Of a DNA stretch of 41,043 nucleotides, positions 16,807-25,833 are shown piece by piece (the stretch's first letter is position 1; every line of letters begins with the position of its first letter). This stretch comes from Escherichia virus TH49. The translations under genes and the position numbers were made by a program. The notes beneath the pieces were generated by a model, which saw nothing but the letters and a program-made list of their open reading frames with translations, searched no databases and was not told the origin of the DNA. The stretch is taken from the sequence record MT446417.1, one strand, 5' to 3'.

Positions 16807-17704
16807 GCACACATTGTTATCCTTCAGCGACTACCGGGCAACCCAGAAGATTGCCAAGGGTGTCCTTGTAATGGATGGTGACTGGCTGGTGTTCCAAGCC
16901 ATGAGTGCCGCTGAGTTCGATGCCTCGTGGGAGGATGAGATTTGGCACCGTTGCTGTGACCACGCCAAGGCCCGTGAGATTCTGGAGAACTCCATCGAGT
17001 CCTACAAGGGCCGCAAGAAGGCATGGAAGAATGCAGACGTTATCCTAGCGTTCACCGACCGTGTCAACTGGCGCAAGCTGCTGGTTGACCCAACGTACAA
17101 AGAGAACCGCGCAGTCGTCAAGAAGCCTGTGGGATACTTCGAGTTCCTTGAGTACGTATTCGAAACCTACACGTGCGTCCTTGAGCCTCAGCTCGAAGGC
17201 GATGACGTGATGGGTATCATTGGGTCTAACCCTCTCGTGTACAACTACGAGAAGGCCGTACTGGTCTCCTGCGACAAGGACTTTAAGACCATCCCGTACT
17301 GCGACTTCCTGTGGTGTACGACTGGTAACATCCTCGTGCAGACTCAGGAGACAGCCGACTACTGGCACCTCTTCCAGACCATCAAAGGTGACATCACCGA
17401 CGGTTACGGTGGGATTCCCGGATGGGGAGATACCGCAGAGGACTTCCTCAAGGAGCCATTCATTGTGGAGCCTGTAACGTCCGTGCTGAAGTCCGGCAAG
17501 AACAAGGGCCAAGAGGTAACCAAGTGGGTGAAACGCGCTCCTGAGCCGGGAGAGACGCTCTGGGACTGCATCAAGTCCATTGGTGCCAAAGCAGGGATGA
17601 CCGAAGCGGAAGTAATCAAGCAGGGCCAGATGGCTCGCATCCTCCGTTCTGATGAGTACAACATCGAGACTGGGGAGATTACTCTATGGCAACCGGGCAG
17701 CTGA
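16799..17704 (+). CDS. gp6: 5'-3' exonuclease (T7 gp6 homolog)
   Basis: 301 aa from the ATG at 16799 (GGAGG 8 nt upstream). Near identity to the recalled T7 gp6 (VMDGDWLVFQAMSAAEFDASWE.EIWHRCCDHAKAR, KKPVGYFEFL, GDDVMG, CDKDFKTIP.CDFLWCTTGNIL, IKGDITDGY, GWGDTAEDFL, KSGKNKGQEVTKWVKR). The track ORF from 16541 is an upstream extension. Confidence 0.96.
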   Translation: MSKHTLLSFSDYRATQKIAKGVLVMDGDWLVFQAMSAAEFDASWEDEIWHRCCDHAKAREILENSIESYKGRKKAWKNADVILAFTDRVNWRKLLVDPTYKENRAVVKKPVGYFEFLEYVFETYTCVLEPQLEGDDVMGIIGSNPLVYNYEKAVLVSCDKDFKTIPYCDFLWCTTGNILVQTQETADYWHLFQTIKGDITDGYGGIPGWGDTAEDFLKEPFIVEPVTSVLKSGKNKGQEVTKWVKRAPEPGETLWDCIKSIGAKAGMTEAEVIKQGQMARILRSDEYNIETGEITLWQPGS

Positions 17705-17796
17705 TTCTCATCGTCCTGACCATGGGCTTAGTCGCTCGTGGTCTCTGGATGTTGGCCTTGATTATCAAGCAGATAGTCGAGCATAAAGCAGAGTGA
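17686..17796 (+). CDS. Putative small membrane peptide (36 aa), gene 6.3 position
   Basis: ATG overlapping the end of gene 6; the product MATGQLILIVLTMGLVARGLWMLALIIKQ... has one transmembrane helix. Found by reading; below the ORF-track cutoff. Confidence 0.3.
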   Translation: MATGQLILIVLTMGLVARGLWMLALIIKQIVEHKAE

Positions 17797-17811
17797 TAAA
17801 CTCATGGGCAC

Positions 17812-17834
17812 AATTAGGACCCACTATAGGGAAG
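17812..17834 (+). promoter_or_regulatory. Phage RNAP promoter (phi6.5-like), aattaggacccactatagggaag
   Basis: Consensus-like 23-mer followed by two TACTTAAAG repeats and the gene 6.5 RBS. Confidence 0.75.
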
Positions 17835-17881
17835 TGCCCATTATGATTATTACTTAAAGATTACTTAAAGAGGAGACTCAA

Positions 17882-18127
17882 ATGTTAAAACCTATAGAGC
17901 ACATCCTTAACAATCCTAATGACCTTCCTGACGTACCGCGAGCTGTCAAGGAATATCTACAGTCTCGCTTCAATGCTGACTTCCTGTATCAGTCAGAGGT
18001 CCGTAAGCTGCGTGAAGCTGGTCACAGTGAGGAGTTCATCTCCGGTGTACTGTACGGCCACTATATGGCTTCGCGTGTCCTTGATGAGATGGAGGGCCGT
18101 CAGCGTGCACTCAAAGAAGGAGATTGA
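17882..18127 (+). CDS. Gene 6.5-like protein (81 aa)
   Basis: ATG with AGGAG upstream; syntenic position after the phi6.5-like promoter. Confidence 0.6.
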   Translation: MLKPIEHILNNPNDLPDVPRAVKEYLQSRFNADFLYQSEVRKLREAGHSEEFISGVLYGHYMASRVLDEMEGRQRALKEGD

Positions 18128-18129
18128 TT

Positions 18130-18351
18130 ATGTGTTTCTCACCTAAGATGAAAGCACCTAAGGTTGACACAACGACTGTCCCTGAGCCAGCGCCACTAAC
18201 CGAGGAACCTAAGGGTGTCCAATATGGTGGTGACGAAGACTCAAACAGCACCACTCCTGAGGTGTCAGGGCGTAAGTCACTCAAGGTGGCCAAGACGACC
18301 GAGCCTACAGGCTCCGTCAGTAAAATCCGTAAGTCAGCTTTAGGAGGCTAA
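18130..18351 (+). CDS. gp6.7: Gene 6.7 virion protein homolog
   Basis: The ATG at 18130 gives MCFSPKMKAPK..., matching the recalled T7 gp6.7 (MCFSPKIKTPK, VSGRK.LKV, IRKSA.GG). The track ORF starts 6 nt earlier at TTG. Confidence 0.85.
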   Translation: MCFSPKMKAPKVDTTTVPEPAPLTEEPKGVQYGGDEDSNSTTPEVSGRKSLKVAKTTEPTGSVSKIRKSALGG

Positions 18352-18352
18352 C

Positions 18353-18613
18353 ATGGGACTGTTCAAGAAAATCAAGAAGGCTATCTCCAAGGTAGTCAAG
18401 GCACCACTCAAGGCCGTGGGTCTGGCAGCAGATGCGCCTAACGTGCAGACAGCCGCTGAGACACCTGTGGCAGCACCTCAGGAAGCACCGAAAGAGGTCG
18501 TGGAGGACGTTGAGTCTTCAGCAGACACCGAGTCTGGTAAGAAGAAATCGCGTGCGTCCGGTAAGAAGTCCCTCTCAGTTTCCCGCAGCTCAGGCGGTGG
18601 GATTAACCTGTAA
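18353..18613 (+). CDS. gp7.3: Gene 7.3 virion/tail-associated protein homolog
   Basis: 86 aa, Lys-rich N-terminus, with the C-terminal block SGKKSLSV.RSSGGGIN shared with the recalled T7 gp7.3. Confidence 0.85.
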   Translation: MGLFKKIKKAISKVVKAPLKAVGLAADAPNVQTAAETPVAAPQEAPKEVVEDVESSADTESGKKKSRASGKKSLSVSRSSGGGINL

Positions 18614-18624
18614 GGAGGTGACCC

Positions 18625-20232
18625 GTGGCAGAAGTTAAACTCGAAGGCTTCGCAGAGGAGGGAGCCAAGGCGGTGTATGACCGTCTGAAGAACGACCGTC
18701 AACCCTACGAGACACGAGCAGAGTCCTGTGCGCAGTACACTATTCCCTCGCTGTTCCCTAAGGACTCCGATAACGCCTCAACCGATTACACGACTCCGTG
18801 GCAATCCGTAGGTGCTCGCGGTCTGAACAACCTAGCGTCAAAGCTGATGCTGGCCCTGTTCCCGATGCAGTCATGGATGAAGTTGACCATTAGTGAATAC
18901 GAAGCGAAGAACCTTCTTGGTGACGCTGAGGGTCTCGCTAAGGTCGATGAGGGCCTCTCAATGGTAGAGCGAATCATCATGAACTACATCGAGTCCAACA
19001 GTTACCGCGTGACTCTCTTTGAGTGCCTGAAGCAACTGTGTGTGGCCGGGAACGCGCTGCTGTACTTACCGGAGCCTGAGGGTTATACCCCGATGAAGCT
19101 CTATCGACTGAACTCGTATGTGGTCCAGCGAGACGCTTTCGGTAACGTGCTCCAGATTGTCACTCTCGACAAGATTGCGTTCAACGCTCTCCCTGAGGAT
19201 GTCCGCGGTCAAGTGGAAGCAGCCCAAGGTGAGCAGAAGGAAGACGCTGAGATTGACGTCTACACCCACGTGTACCTGAATGAAGCCGGGGACGGCTACT
19301 CGAAGTACGAAGAGGTTGCCGAAGAGGTAGTTCCGGGTAGTGAAGCCGAGTACCCACTCGAAGAGTGTCCGTACATTCCGGTCCGCATGGTCCGCATCGA
19401 CGGTGAATCCTACGGTCGTTCCTACGTGGAAGAGTATCTTGGCGACCTCAAGTCCCTAGAGAACCTCCAAGAGTCTATCGTGAAGATGGCAATGATTACC
19501 GCTAAGGTTATCGGTCTGGTAGACCCGGCAGGCATCACTCAGGTCCGACGACTCACGGCAGCACAGTCTGGTGCGTTCGTACCGGGCCGTAAGCAGGACA
19601 TTGAGTTCCTCCAGCTGGAGAAGTCCGGCGACTTTACAGTAGCGAAGAACGTAAGCGACACCATTGAGGCTCGCCTCTCGTATGCCTTTATGCTCAACAG
19701 TGCGGTACAACGTACAGGTGAGCGAGTAACAGCCGAAGAGATTCGGTATGTGGCGTCAGAGCTGGAAGATACCCTTGGTGGTGTCTACTCGATTCTCTCG
19801 CAGGAACTCCAGCTGCCTCTGGTAAGAGTGCTCTTGAAGCAACTACAAGCCACGCAGCAAATCCCGGAGTTACCTAAAGAGGCCGTCGAGCCAACTATCA
19901 GCACTGGCCTTGAGGCTATCGGACGTGGTCAGGACCTTGACAAGCTGGAGCGGTGTATTGCCGCATGGTCAGCCCTTAAGGCCCTCGAAGGTGATGATGA
20001 CCTCAACTTGGCTAACCTCAAGTTACGCATCGCTAACGCTATCGGACTCGACACAGCTGGTATGCTTCTCACTCAGGAGCAGAAGAACGCCCTTATGGCA
20101 CAGCAGGGTGCTCAGATTGCTACACAGCAAGGTGCCGCAGCGTTGGGTCAGGGGATGGCCGCACAGGCTACTGCAAGTCCTGAAGCGATGGCCGCAGCCG
20201 CTGATTCAGTCGGTATGCAACCGGGCATGTAA
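18625..20232 (+). CDS. gp8: Portal (head-tail connector) protein (T7 gp8 homolog)
   Basis: 535 aa; GTG start with AAGGAGGT upstream. Collinear with very high identity to the recalled T7 gp8 (YETRA..CAQYTIPSLFPKDSDNASTDY.TPWQ.VGARGLNNLASKLMLALFPMQ, QRTGERVTAEEIRYVASELEDTLGGVYSILSQELQLPLVRVLLKQLQATQQIPELPKEAVEPTISTGLEAIGRGQDLDKLERC). Confidence 0.97.
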   Translation: MAEVKLEGFAEEGAKAVYDRLKNDRQPYETRAESCAQYTIPSLFPKDSDNASTDYTTPWQSVGARGLNNLASKLMLALFPMQSWMKLTISEYEAKNLLGDAEGLAKVDEGLSMVERIIMNYIESNSYRVTLFECLKQLCVAGNALLYLPEPEGYTPMKLYRLNSYVVQRDAFGNVLQIVTLDKIAFNALPEDVRGQVEAAQGEQKEDAEIDVYTHVYLNEAGDGYSKYEEVAEEVVPGSEAEYPLEECPYIPVRMVRIDGESYGRSYVEEYLGDLKSLENLQESIVKMAMITAKVIGLVDPAGITQVRRLTAAQSGAFVPGRKQDIEFLQLEKSGDFTVAKNVSDTIEARLSYAFMLNSAVQRTGERVTAEEIRYVASELEDTLGGVYSILSQELQLPLVRVLLKQLQATQQIPELPKEAVEPTISTGLEAIGRGQDLDKLERCIAAWSALKALEGDDDLNLANLKLRIANAIGLDTAGMLLTQEQKNALMAQQGAQIATQQGAAALGQGMAAQATASPEAMAAAADSVGMQPGM

Positions 20233-20253
20233 TTAGGGCACACTATAGGGAGA
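20231..20253 (+). promoter_or_regulatory. Phage RNAP promoter (phi9-like), exact consensus aattagggcacactatagggaga
   Basis: Perfect 23-mer; the transcript starts with a GGGAGACC...GGTTTCCC hairpin. Confidence 0.85.
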
Positions 20254-20295
20254 CCGATTGGTTTCCCTCTTAGTCTTAACTTTAAGGAGATTGAA

Positions 20296-21246
20296 ATGGC
20301 TGGCGAATCTAACGCAGACGTATACGCATCCTTCGGTGTTAACAGTGCTGTACTGACTGGTAGTACACCTGAGGAGCACCAAGAAAACATGTTGGCACTC
20401 GATGTTGCTGCCCGAGACCACGATGATGCAATCGAGCTGAACACCAACAGCGATGACCCGTATGGCTCCGATGTGGACCCGTTCGGTGAACCTGAAGAGG
20501 GCCGTATGCAGGTCCGTATCTCCGCTGACGGTGACGACCCTGAAGAAGAGGTTGCCGAAGAGGGAGAACAGCAGGGCGACGATGAGAGTCAGCCGGAGGA
20601 AGTAACCGACGATGGTGAACCTGAAGAGTTCAAACCGATTGGTGAAACTCCGGCTGACATCAACGAAGCCTCTCAGCAGCTGGAAGAACACGAAGCTGGC
20701 TTTAACGACATGGTTGCCACTGCAATCGAACGCGGTCTCTCACAGGATGCTGTGACCCGTATTCAGCAGGAGTACCAGAACGAGGACAGTCTGTCCGATG
20801 AGTCTTACCGAGAGCTGGCTGAGGCTGGCTACAGTAAGGCGTTCGTCGATGCGTACATTCGTGGTCAAGAAGCTCTGGTCAACCAGTACGTTGAGAAAGT
20901 GATGGACTTTGTGGGTGGCCGTGAGCGCTTCCAACAGGTCTATACCCACATGCAGACCAACAACCCTGAGGGTGCTGAGGCGCTCATCAAGGCCTTTGAG
21001 TCTCGTGATGTGGCCACCATGAAGACGATTCTGAACCTAGCGGGACAGTCTCGTGATAAAACCTTTGGTAAGAAAGCCGAGCGCTCTATTGCCAAGCGTG
21101 CAACCCCAGCGAAACCTGTGGCCCGTAAAGCTGAAGGCTTCGAGTCTCAGGCTGAGATGATTAAAGCAATGTCTGACCCGCGTTACCGCACCGACTCTAA
21201 GTATCGTCGTGAGGTGGAACAGAAGGTTATCGACTCTAAGTTTTAA
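20296..21246 (+). CDS. gp9: Capsid assembly scaffolding protein (T7 gp9 homolog)
   Basis: 316 aa; acidic. N-terminal AGESNADVYASFGVNSAV and C-terminal IKAMSDPRYRTD.KYRR.VEQKVIDS match the recalled T7 gp9. Confidence 0.93.
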   Translation: MAGESNADVYASFGVNSAVLTGSTPEEHQENMLALDVAARDHDDAIELNTNSDDPYGSDVDPFGEPEEGRMQVRISADGDDPEEEVAEEGEQQGDDESQPEEVTDDGEPEEFKPIGETPADINEASQQLEEHEAGFNDMVATAIERGLSQDAVTRIQQEYQNEDSLSDESYRELAEAGYSKAFVDAYIRGQEALVNQYVEKVMDFVGGRERFQQVYTHMQTNNPEGAEALIKAFESRDVATMKTILNLAGQSRDKTFGKKAERSIAKRATPAKPVARKAEGFESQAEMIKAMSDPRYRTDSKYRREVEQKVIDSKF

Positions 21247-21267
21247 TTAGGGCCCACTATAGGGAGA
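21245..21267 (+). promoter_or_regulatory. Phage RNAP promoter (phi10-like), aattagggcccactatagggaga
   Basis: Consensus-like 23-mer, followed by a structured leader of about 139 nt before the capsid ATG. Confidence 0.85.
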
Positions 21268-21400
21268 GGCTTAGACCCTGCGAAGTCTTCGTGTGCAGAC
21301 CTATCCAGATGGGATGCCTCTCAGAGTTACACAATGAGTATCACCTCGTTTCAAGTAGTACCTCAAAACATTTCGTATAAACAACATAAGGAGATTCAAC

Positions 21401-22447
21401 ATGGCTAACATGCAAGGTGGACAGCAGCTCGGTACTAACCAAGGTAAAGGTCAATCCGCATCAGACAAGCTGGCGCTATTCCTGAAAGTATTCGGCGGTG
21501 AAGTCCTGACCGCTTTCGCTCGTACCTCTGTGACCTCTAACCGTCACATGCAGCGTCAAATCAGCTCCGGTAAGTCCGCACAGTTCCCTGTGATTGGGCG
21601 CACCAAGGCTGCTTACCTGCAACCGGGCGAGTCTCTGGATGACAAACGTAAAGACATCAAGCACACTGAGAAGACCATTAACATTGATGGCCTGCTGACC
21701 GCGGACGTGCTGATTTACGACATCGAAGACGCGATGAACCACTATGACGTGCGCTCCGAGTACACCTCTCAGATTGGTGAATCTCTGGCAATGGCGGCTG
21801 ATGGTGCGGTTCTGGCCGAGCTGGCTGGTCTGGTTAACCTCGCGGATTCCGTCAACGAGAACATCGCTGGTCTGGGCAAACCGTCCCTGCTGGAAGTTGG
21901 CGCTAAGGCTGACCTGACTGACCCGGTCAAACTGGGCCAAGCGGTTATCGCTCAGCTGACCATTGCTCGTGCGGCTCTGACCAAGAACTACGTTCCGGCT
22001 AACGACCGTACGTTCTATACCACCCCGGACGTGTACTCTGCGATTCTGGCGGCTCTGATGCCAAACGCTGCGAACTACGCGGCTCTGATTGACCCTGAGC
22101 GTGGTTCTATCCGTAACGTGATGGGCTTCGAAGTCGTCGAGGTTCCGCACCTGACTGCTGGTGGTGCTGGTGGTGCTGGTGATGACCGCCCGGATGAAGG
22201 CGCAGAAGCGACCAACCAGAAGCACGCCTTCCCGGAAACTGACGGTAAAGTCAACAAAGAGAACGTTGTGGGCCTGTTCCAGCACCGTTCCGCTGTTGGT
22301 ACCGTTAAGCTGAAAGATCTGGCTCTGGAACGTGCTCGTCGTACCGAGTATCAGGCTGACCAGATTGTCGCTAAGTACGCGATGGGTCACGGCGGTCTGC
22401 GTCCAGAATCTGCTGGTGCGCTGGTTTTCAAGGCGGCCTCGGCGTAA
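21401..22447 (+). CDS. gp10A: Major capsid protein (T7 gp10A homolog)
   Basis: 348 aa; strong RBS AAGGAGA. Long identities with the recalled T7 10A (DKLALFLKVFGGEVLTAFARTSVT, SGKSAQFPV, KDIKHTEK.I.IDGLLTADVLIYDIEDAMNHYDVRSEYTSQ.GESLAMAADGAVLAE, SAILAALMPNAANYAALIDPE.GSIRNVMGFEVVEVPHLTAGGAG, DLALERARR). Confidence 0.98.
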   Translation: MANMQGGQQLGTNQGKGQSASDKLALFLKVFGGEVLTAFARTSVTSNRHMQRQISSGKSAQFPVIGRTKAAYLQPGESLDDKRKDIKHTEKTINIDGLLTADVLIYDIEDAMNHYDVRSEYTSQIGESLAMAADGAVLAELAGLVNLADSVNENIAGLGKPSLLEVGAKADLTDPVKLGQAVIAQLTIARAALTKNYVPANDRTFYTTPDVYSAILAALMPNAANYAALIDPERGSIRNVMGFEVVEVPHLTAGGAGGAGDDRPDEGAEATNQKHAFPETDGKVNKENVVGLFQHRSAVGTVKLKDLALERARRTEYQADQIVAKYAMGHGGLRPESAGALVFKAASA

Positions 22448-22719
22448 ATACCTTTAGTGCTCGGACGGTAACTCCGTCTGAGTATGAGGTACAGACTGTG
22501 GCCATTGCTGGTGATTCACTTAAGGTGACACTTGATGGGCTGGAGGGAGTAACGGACTGGTCAAGCCTTGAGGTAACCTATGGTACTTCTGGGATTGCCA
22601 GCCACACTCGCCGGACCAACACGCTGTACTTCAAAGGAATCGCTGTAGGCGAAACTATAGTGACTGTCAGCTTTGACGGGTCTGCAATGAAGTCCTTTAA
22701 GCTGGTCGTGACTAACTAA
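22423..22719 (+). CDS. gp10B: Putative gene 10B extension reached by a -1 frameshift at GGTTTTC; Ig-like domain
   Basis: The -1 frame relative to 10A is open from 22375 to 22719. GGTTTTC (22423..22429) lies six codons before the 10A stop on the conserved V-F-K codons. The roughly 96-aa extension has a Big_2-like pattern (GDSLKVTL...TVTVSFDG...FKLVVTN). The track lists only the 3' part (22498..22719). Confidence 0.6.
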   Translation, partial: GFQGGLGVNTFSARTVTPSEYEVQTVAIAGDSLKVTLDGLEGVTDWSSLEVTYGTSGIASHTRRTNTLYFKGIAVGETIVTVSFDGSAMKSFKLVVTN

Positions 22720-22726
22720 TAAGCCA

Positions 22727-22766
22727 AACCCCTTGGGGACCACTCACGGTCTCTGAGGGGTTTTTT
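22727..22766 (+). terminator. T-phi-like transcription terminator
   Basis: The hairpin aaccccttggggacc / ggtctctgaggggtt is followed by TTTTTT, resembling the T7 T-phi terminator (CCCCTTGGGG...GAGGGGTTTTTT) at the same position after gene 10. Confidence 0.85.
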
Positions 22767-22783
22767 CGTTAGGAGCTTACAAT

Positions 22784-23362
22784 ATGAACATGCAAGATGC
22801 TTATTTTGGGTCTGCCGCCGAGCTGGATGCAGTCAACGAGATGCTCGCAGCCATCGGTGAATCCCCTGTGACCACACTCGACGAAGATGGTAGCGCAGAC
22901 GTAGCGAACGCTCGTCGTATCCTCAACAGGATTAACCGCCAGATTCAGTCTAAAGGTTGGGCCTTCAATATCAACGAGTCGGCCACATTGACCCCGGACG
23001 TGGACACTGGGCTTATACCATTCCGTCCAGCATACCTGTCCATCCTTGGTGGCCAGTACGTCAACCGTGGTGGTTGGGTGTACGACAAGTCCACAGGGAC
23101 AGATACCTTCTCTGGGGCAATCACAGTGACCCTAATCACACTTCAGGACTACGACGAGATGCCTGAGTGTTTTCGCCAGTGGATTGTCACCAAGGCCAGT
23201 CGCCAGTTCAACTCTCGATTCTTCGGAGCGGAGGACGTAGAGAACTCGTTGGCACAGGAAGAGATGGAAGCACGGATGGCGTGCAACGAGTACGAGATGG
23301 ACTTCGGACAGTACAATATGCTTGACGGTGATGCATACGTTCAGGGTCTCATCGGTCGTTAA
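22784..23362 (+). CDS. gp11: Tail tubular protein A (T7 gp11 homolog)
   Basis: 192 aa. Collinear with the recalled T7 gp11 ([70 protein letters not shown]). Confidence 0.93.
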   Translation: MNMQDAYFGSAAELDAVNEMLAAIGESPVTTLDEDGSADVANARRILNRINRQIQSKGWAFNINESATLTPDVDTGLIPFRPAYLSILGGQYVNRGGWVYDKSTGTDTFSGAITVTLITLQDYDEMPECFRQWIVTKASRQFNSRFFGAEDVENSLAQEEMEARMACNEYEMDFGQYNMLDGDAYVQGLIGR

Positions 23363-23384
23363 TCAGAAACTTAAGGAGGACCAA

Positions 23385-25760
23385 ATGGCTCTCGTATCGC
23401 AATCAATCAAGAACCTCAAGGGAGGCATTAGCCAGCAGCCTGAAATCTTACGATATCCCGAGCAGGGAACACTTCAGGTCAACGGTTGGTCCTCCGAGAC
23501 TGAGGGCCTCCAGAAGCGGCCACCTATGGTGTTCATCAAGTCCCTTGGCCCTCGTGGCTACTTGGGGGAAGACCCATACATCCACCTCATCAACCGTGAT
23601 GAATACGAGCAGTATTACGCTGTGTTCACAGGGAATGACGTGAGGGTGTTCGACCTGTCAGGCTATGAGTATCAGGTCCGGGGCGACCGCTCTTATGTGA
23701 CTGTCAATAACCCTAAGGATAACTTGCGGATGGTCACAGTGGCTGACTATACGTTCATCGTCAACAGGACCAGACAGGTGCGCGAAAGCCCGCTCCAAAC
23801 TAACGGAGGGGTATTCAGGGATAACGTGGACGGCATCATCAACGTTCGTGGTGGGCAGTATGGGCGTAAGCTCGAAGTGAATATTAACGGCGTGTGGGTT
23901 AGCCACCAGCTCCCTCCGGGTGACAACGCTAAGGATGACCCGCCCAAGGTCGACGCACAGGCCATCGCTGAGGCACTAGCGGTTCTTCTCCGGGCCGCTC
24001 ACCCTACGTGGACGTTCAACGTGGGAACAGGGTACATCCACTGCATCGCACCAGCTGATACCACCATTGACGTGTTTGAGACCAAGGATGGCTACGCCGA
24101 CCAGTTAATCAACCCAGTGACCCACTACGTCCAGAGCTTCTCTAAGTTACCGCTGAACGCCCCAGATGGTTACATGGTGAAGATTGTCGGGGACACATCC
24201 AAGACCGCCGACCAGTATTACGTTAAGTACGACAAGAGTCAGAAGGTCTGGAAGGAAACTGTCGGTTGGAACATATCAGTCGGCCTTGAGTACCACACGA
24301 TGCCTTGGACACTGGTTCGTGCAGCTGACGGTAACTTTGACCTGAGCTACCACGAGTGGAAGGACCGCCGAGCTGGTGACGATGATACAAACCCTCAGCC
24401 ATCCTTTGTGAACTCGACGATAACTGACGTGTTCTTCTTCAGGAACCGCTTAGGGTTCATCTCTGGGGAGAACATTGTGATGTCCCGTACCAGCAAATAC
24501 TTCGAGTTCTACCCACCATCGGTGGCCAACTACACGGATGATGACCCACTGGATGTTGCTGTGAGCCATAACCGAGTGTCGGTCCTGAAGTACGCTGTGA
24601 GCTTCGCTGAGGAGCTTCTACTGTGGTCTGATGAGGCACAGTTCGTACTGTCGGCCAACGGCGTGTTATCCGCTAAGACTGCACAGCTGGACCTGACCAC
24701 TCAGTTCGATGTGTCAGACCGTGCGCGTCCTTACGGTATCGGCAGGAACATCTACTATGCATCTCCTCGCAGCTCCTTTACGTCCATCATGCGCTACTAC
24801 GCGGTACAGGATGTAAGCTCTGTGAAGAACGCAGAGGACATGACGGCCCACGTCCCGAACTACATCCCGAACGGTGTGTATAGCATCAACGGGTCTGGTA
24901 CGGAGAACTTCTCGTGTGTGCTGACAAAGGGTGCACCGAGTAAGGTGTTCATCTACAAGTTCCTCTACATGGATGAGGACATTAGGCAGCAGTCGTGGTC
25001 CCACTGGGACTTCGGGGATGGTGTGGAGGTGATGGCAGCAAACTGTATCAACTCAACGATGTACATGCTGATGCGGAACGCCTACAACGTGTGGATAGCT
25101 GCTGTGGACTTTAAGAAGGAGTCGACTGACTTCCCATTTGAGCCTTACCGATTCCACGTGGACGCCAAGCGGTCTTACCACATCTCAGAGACTGCGTACG
25201 ACATTGAGACGAACCAGACGGTAGTGAACGTCAAGGACATCTACGGTGCGTCGTTCTCTAAGGGTACCGTGGCAATCTGCGAGAGTGACGGTAAAATCAC
25301 CGAGTATGAGCCTATGGGTTCCTCTTGGGATTCAACTCCAGACATCCGCATTAGCGGTGACATCTCCGGTAAGGATATCGTCATTGGGTTCCTGTACGAC
25401 TTCCAATATGTGTTTAGTCGGTTCCTCATCAAGCAGGAGCAGAATGATGGCACAACGTCCACTGAGGACTCTGGTCGTCTACAGCTGCGTAGGGCGTGGG
25501 TGAACTATCAGAACACCGGAGCGTTCACTGTGAGCGTCGACAATGGCAGCCGCGAGTTCAACTATCTGGTCAATGCCCGAGTGGGTTCTACTGGTCTACG
25601 TCTGGGCCAGAAGGCCACAACTACTGGTCAGTATCGTTTCCCGGTGACAGGTAACGCCTTGTACCAGAAGGTGTCCCTGAGTTCCTTCAACGCTTCCCCA
25701 GTGTCAATCATTGGGTGCGGCTGGGAGGGTAACTACAGCAGACGTGCCAACGGTATTTAA
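23385..25760 (+). CDS. gp12: Tail tubular protein B (T7 gp12 homolog)
   Basis: 791 aa from the ATG at 23385 (AAGGAGGA upstream). The N-terminus MALVSQSIKNLKGGISQQPE is typical of gp12; size and position are syntenic. Confidence 0.88.
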   Translation: MALVSQSIKNLKGGISQQPEILRYPEQGTLQVNGWSSETEGLQKRPPMVFIKSLGPRGYLGEDPYIHLINRDEYEQYYAVFTGNDVRVFDLSGYEYQVRGDRSYVTVNNPKDNLRMVTVADYTFIVNRTRQVRESPLQTNGGVFRDNVDGIINVRGGQYGRKLEVNINGVWVSHQLPPGDNAKDDPPKVDAQAIAEALAVLLRAAHPTWTFNVGTGYIHCIAPADTTIDVFETKDGYADQLINPVTHYVQSFSKLPLNAPDGYMVKIVGDTSKTADQYYVKYDKSQKVWKETVGWNISVGLEYHTMPWTLVRAADGNFDLSYHEWKDRRAGDDDTNPQPSFVNSTITDVFFFRNRLGFISGENIVMSRTSKYFEFYPPSVANYTDDDPLDVAVSHNRVSVLKYAVSFAEELLLWSDEAQFVLSANGVLSAKTAQLDLTTQFDVSDRARPYGIGRNIYYASPRSSFTSIMRYYAVQDVSSVKNAEDMTAHVPNYIPNGVYSINGSGTENFSCVLTKGAPSKVFIYKFLYMDEDIRQQSWSHWDFGDGVEVMAANCINSTMYMLMRNAYNVWIAAVDFKKESTDFPFEPYRFHVDAKRSYHISETAYDIETNQTVVNVKDIYGASFSKGTVAICESDGKITEYEPMGSSWDSTPDIRISGDISGKDIVIGFLYDFQYVFSRFLIKQEQNDGTTSTEDSGRLQLRRAWVNYQNTGAFTVSVDNGSREFNYLVNARVGSTGLRLGQKATTTGQYRFPVTGNALYQKVSLSSFNASPVSIIGCGWEGNYSRRANGI

Positions 25761-25785
25761 CTGAAGGAATCCTTATGGTGTGCTC

Positions 25786-25808
25786 AATTAGGGCACACTA
25801 TAGGGAGA
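25786..25808 (+). promoter_or_regulatory. Phage RNAP promoter (phi13-like), exact consensus
   Basis: Perfect aattagggcacactatagggaga, upstream of gene 13. Confidence 0.85.
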
Positions 25809-25833
25809 CCACACTAAGAGGGGGACTTAAAGC

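Noticed and set aside
21476-22390. 304-aa ORF on the minus strand, antisense to the major capsid gene
   Set aside because: It lies entirely opposite a strongly supported, highly conserved + strand gene and has no RBS or promoter context. T7-like genomes are transcribed from one strand only. It is a typical spurious antisense ORF.
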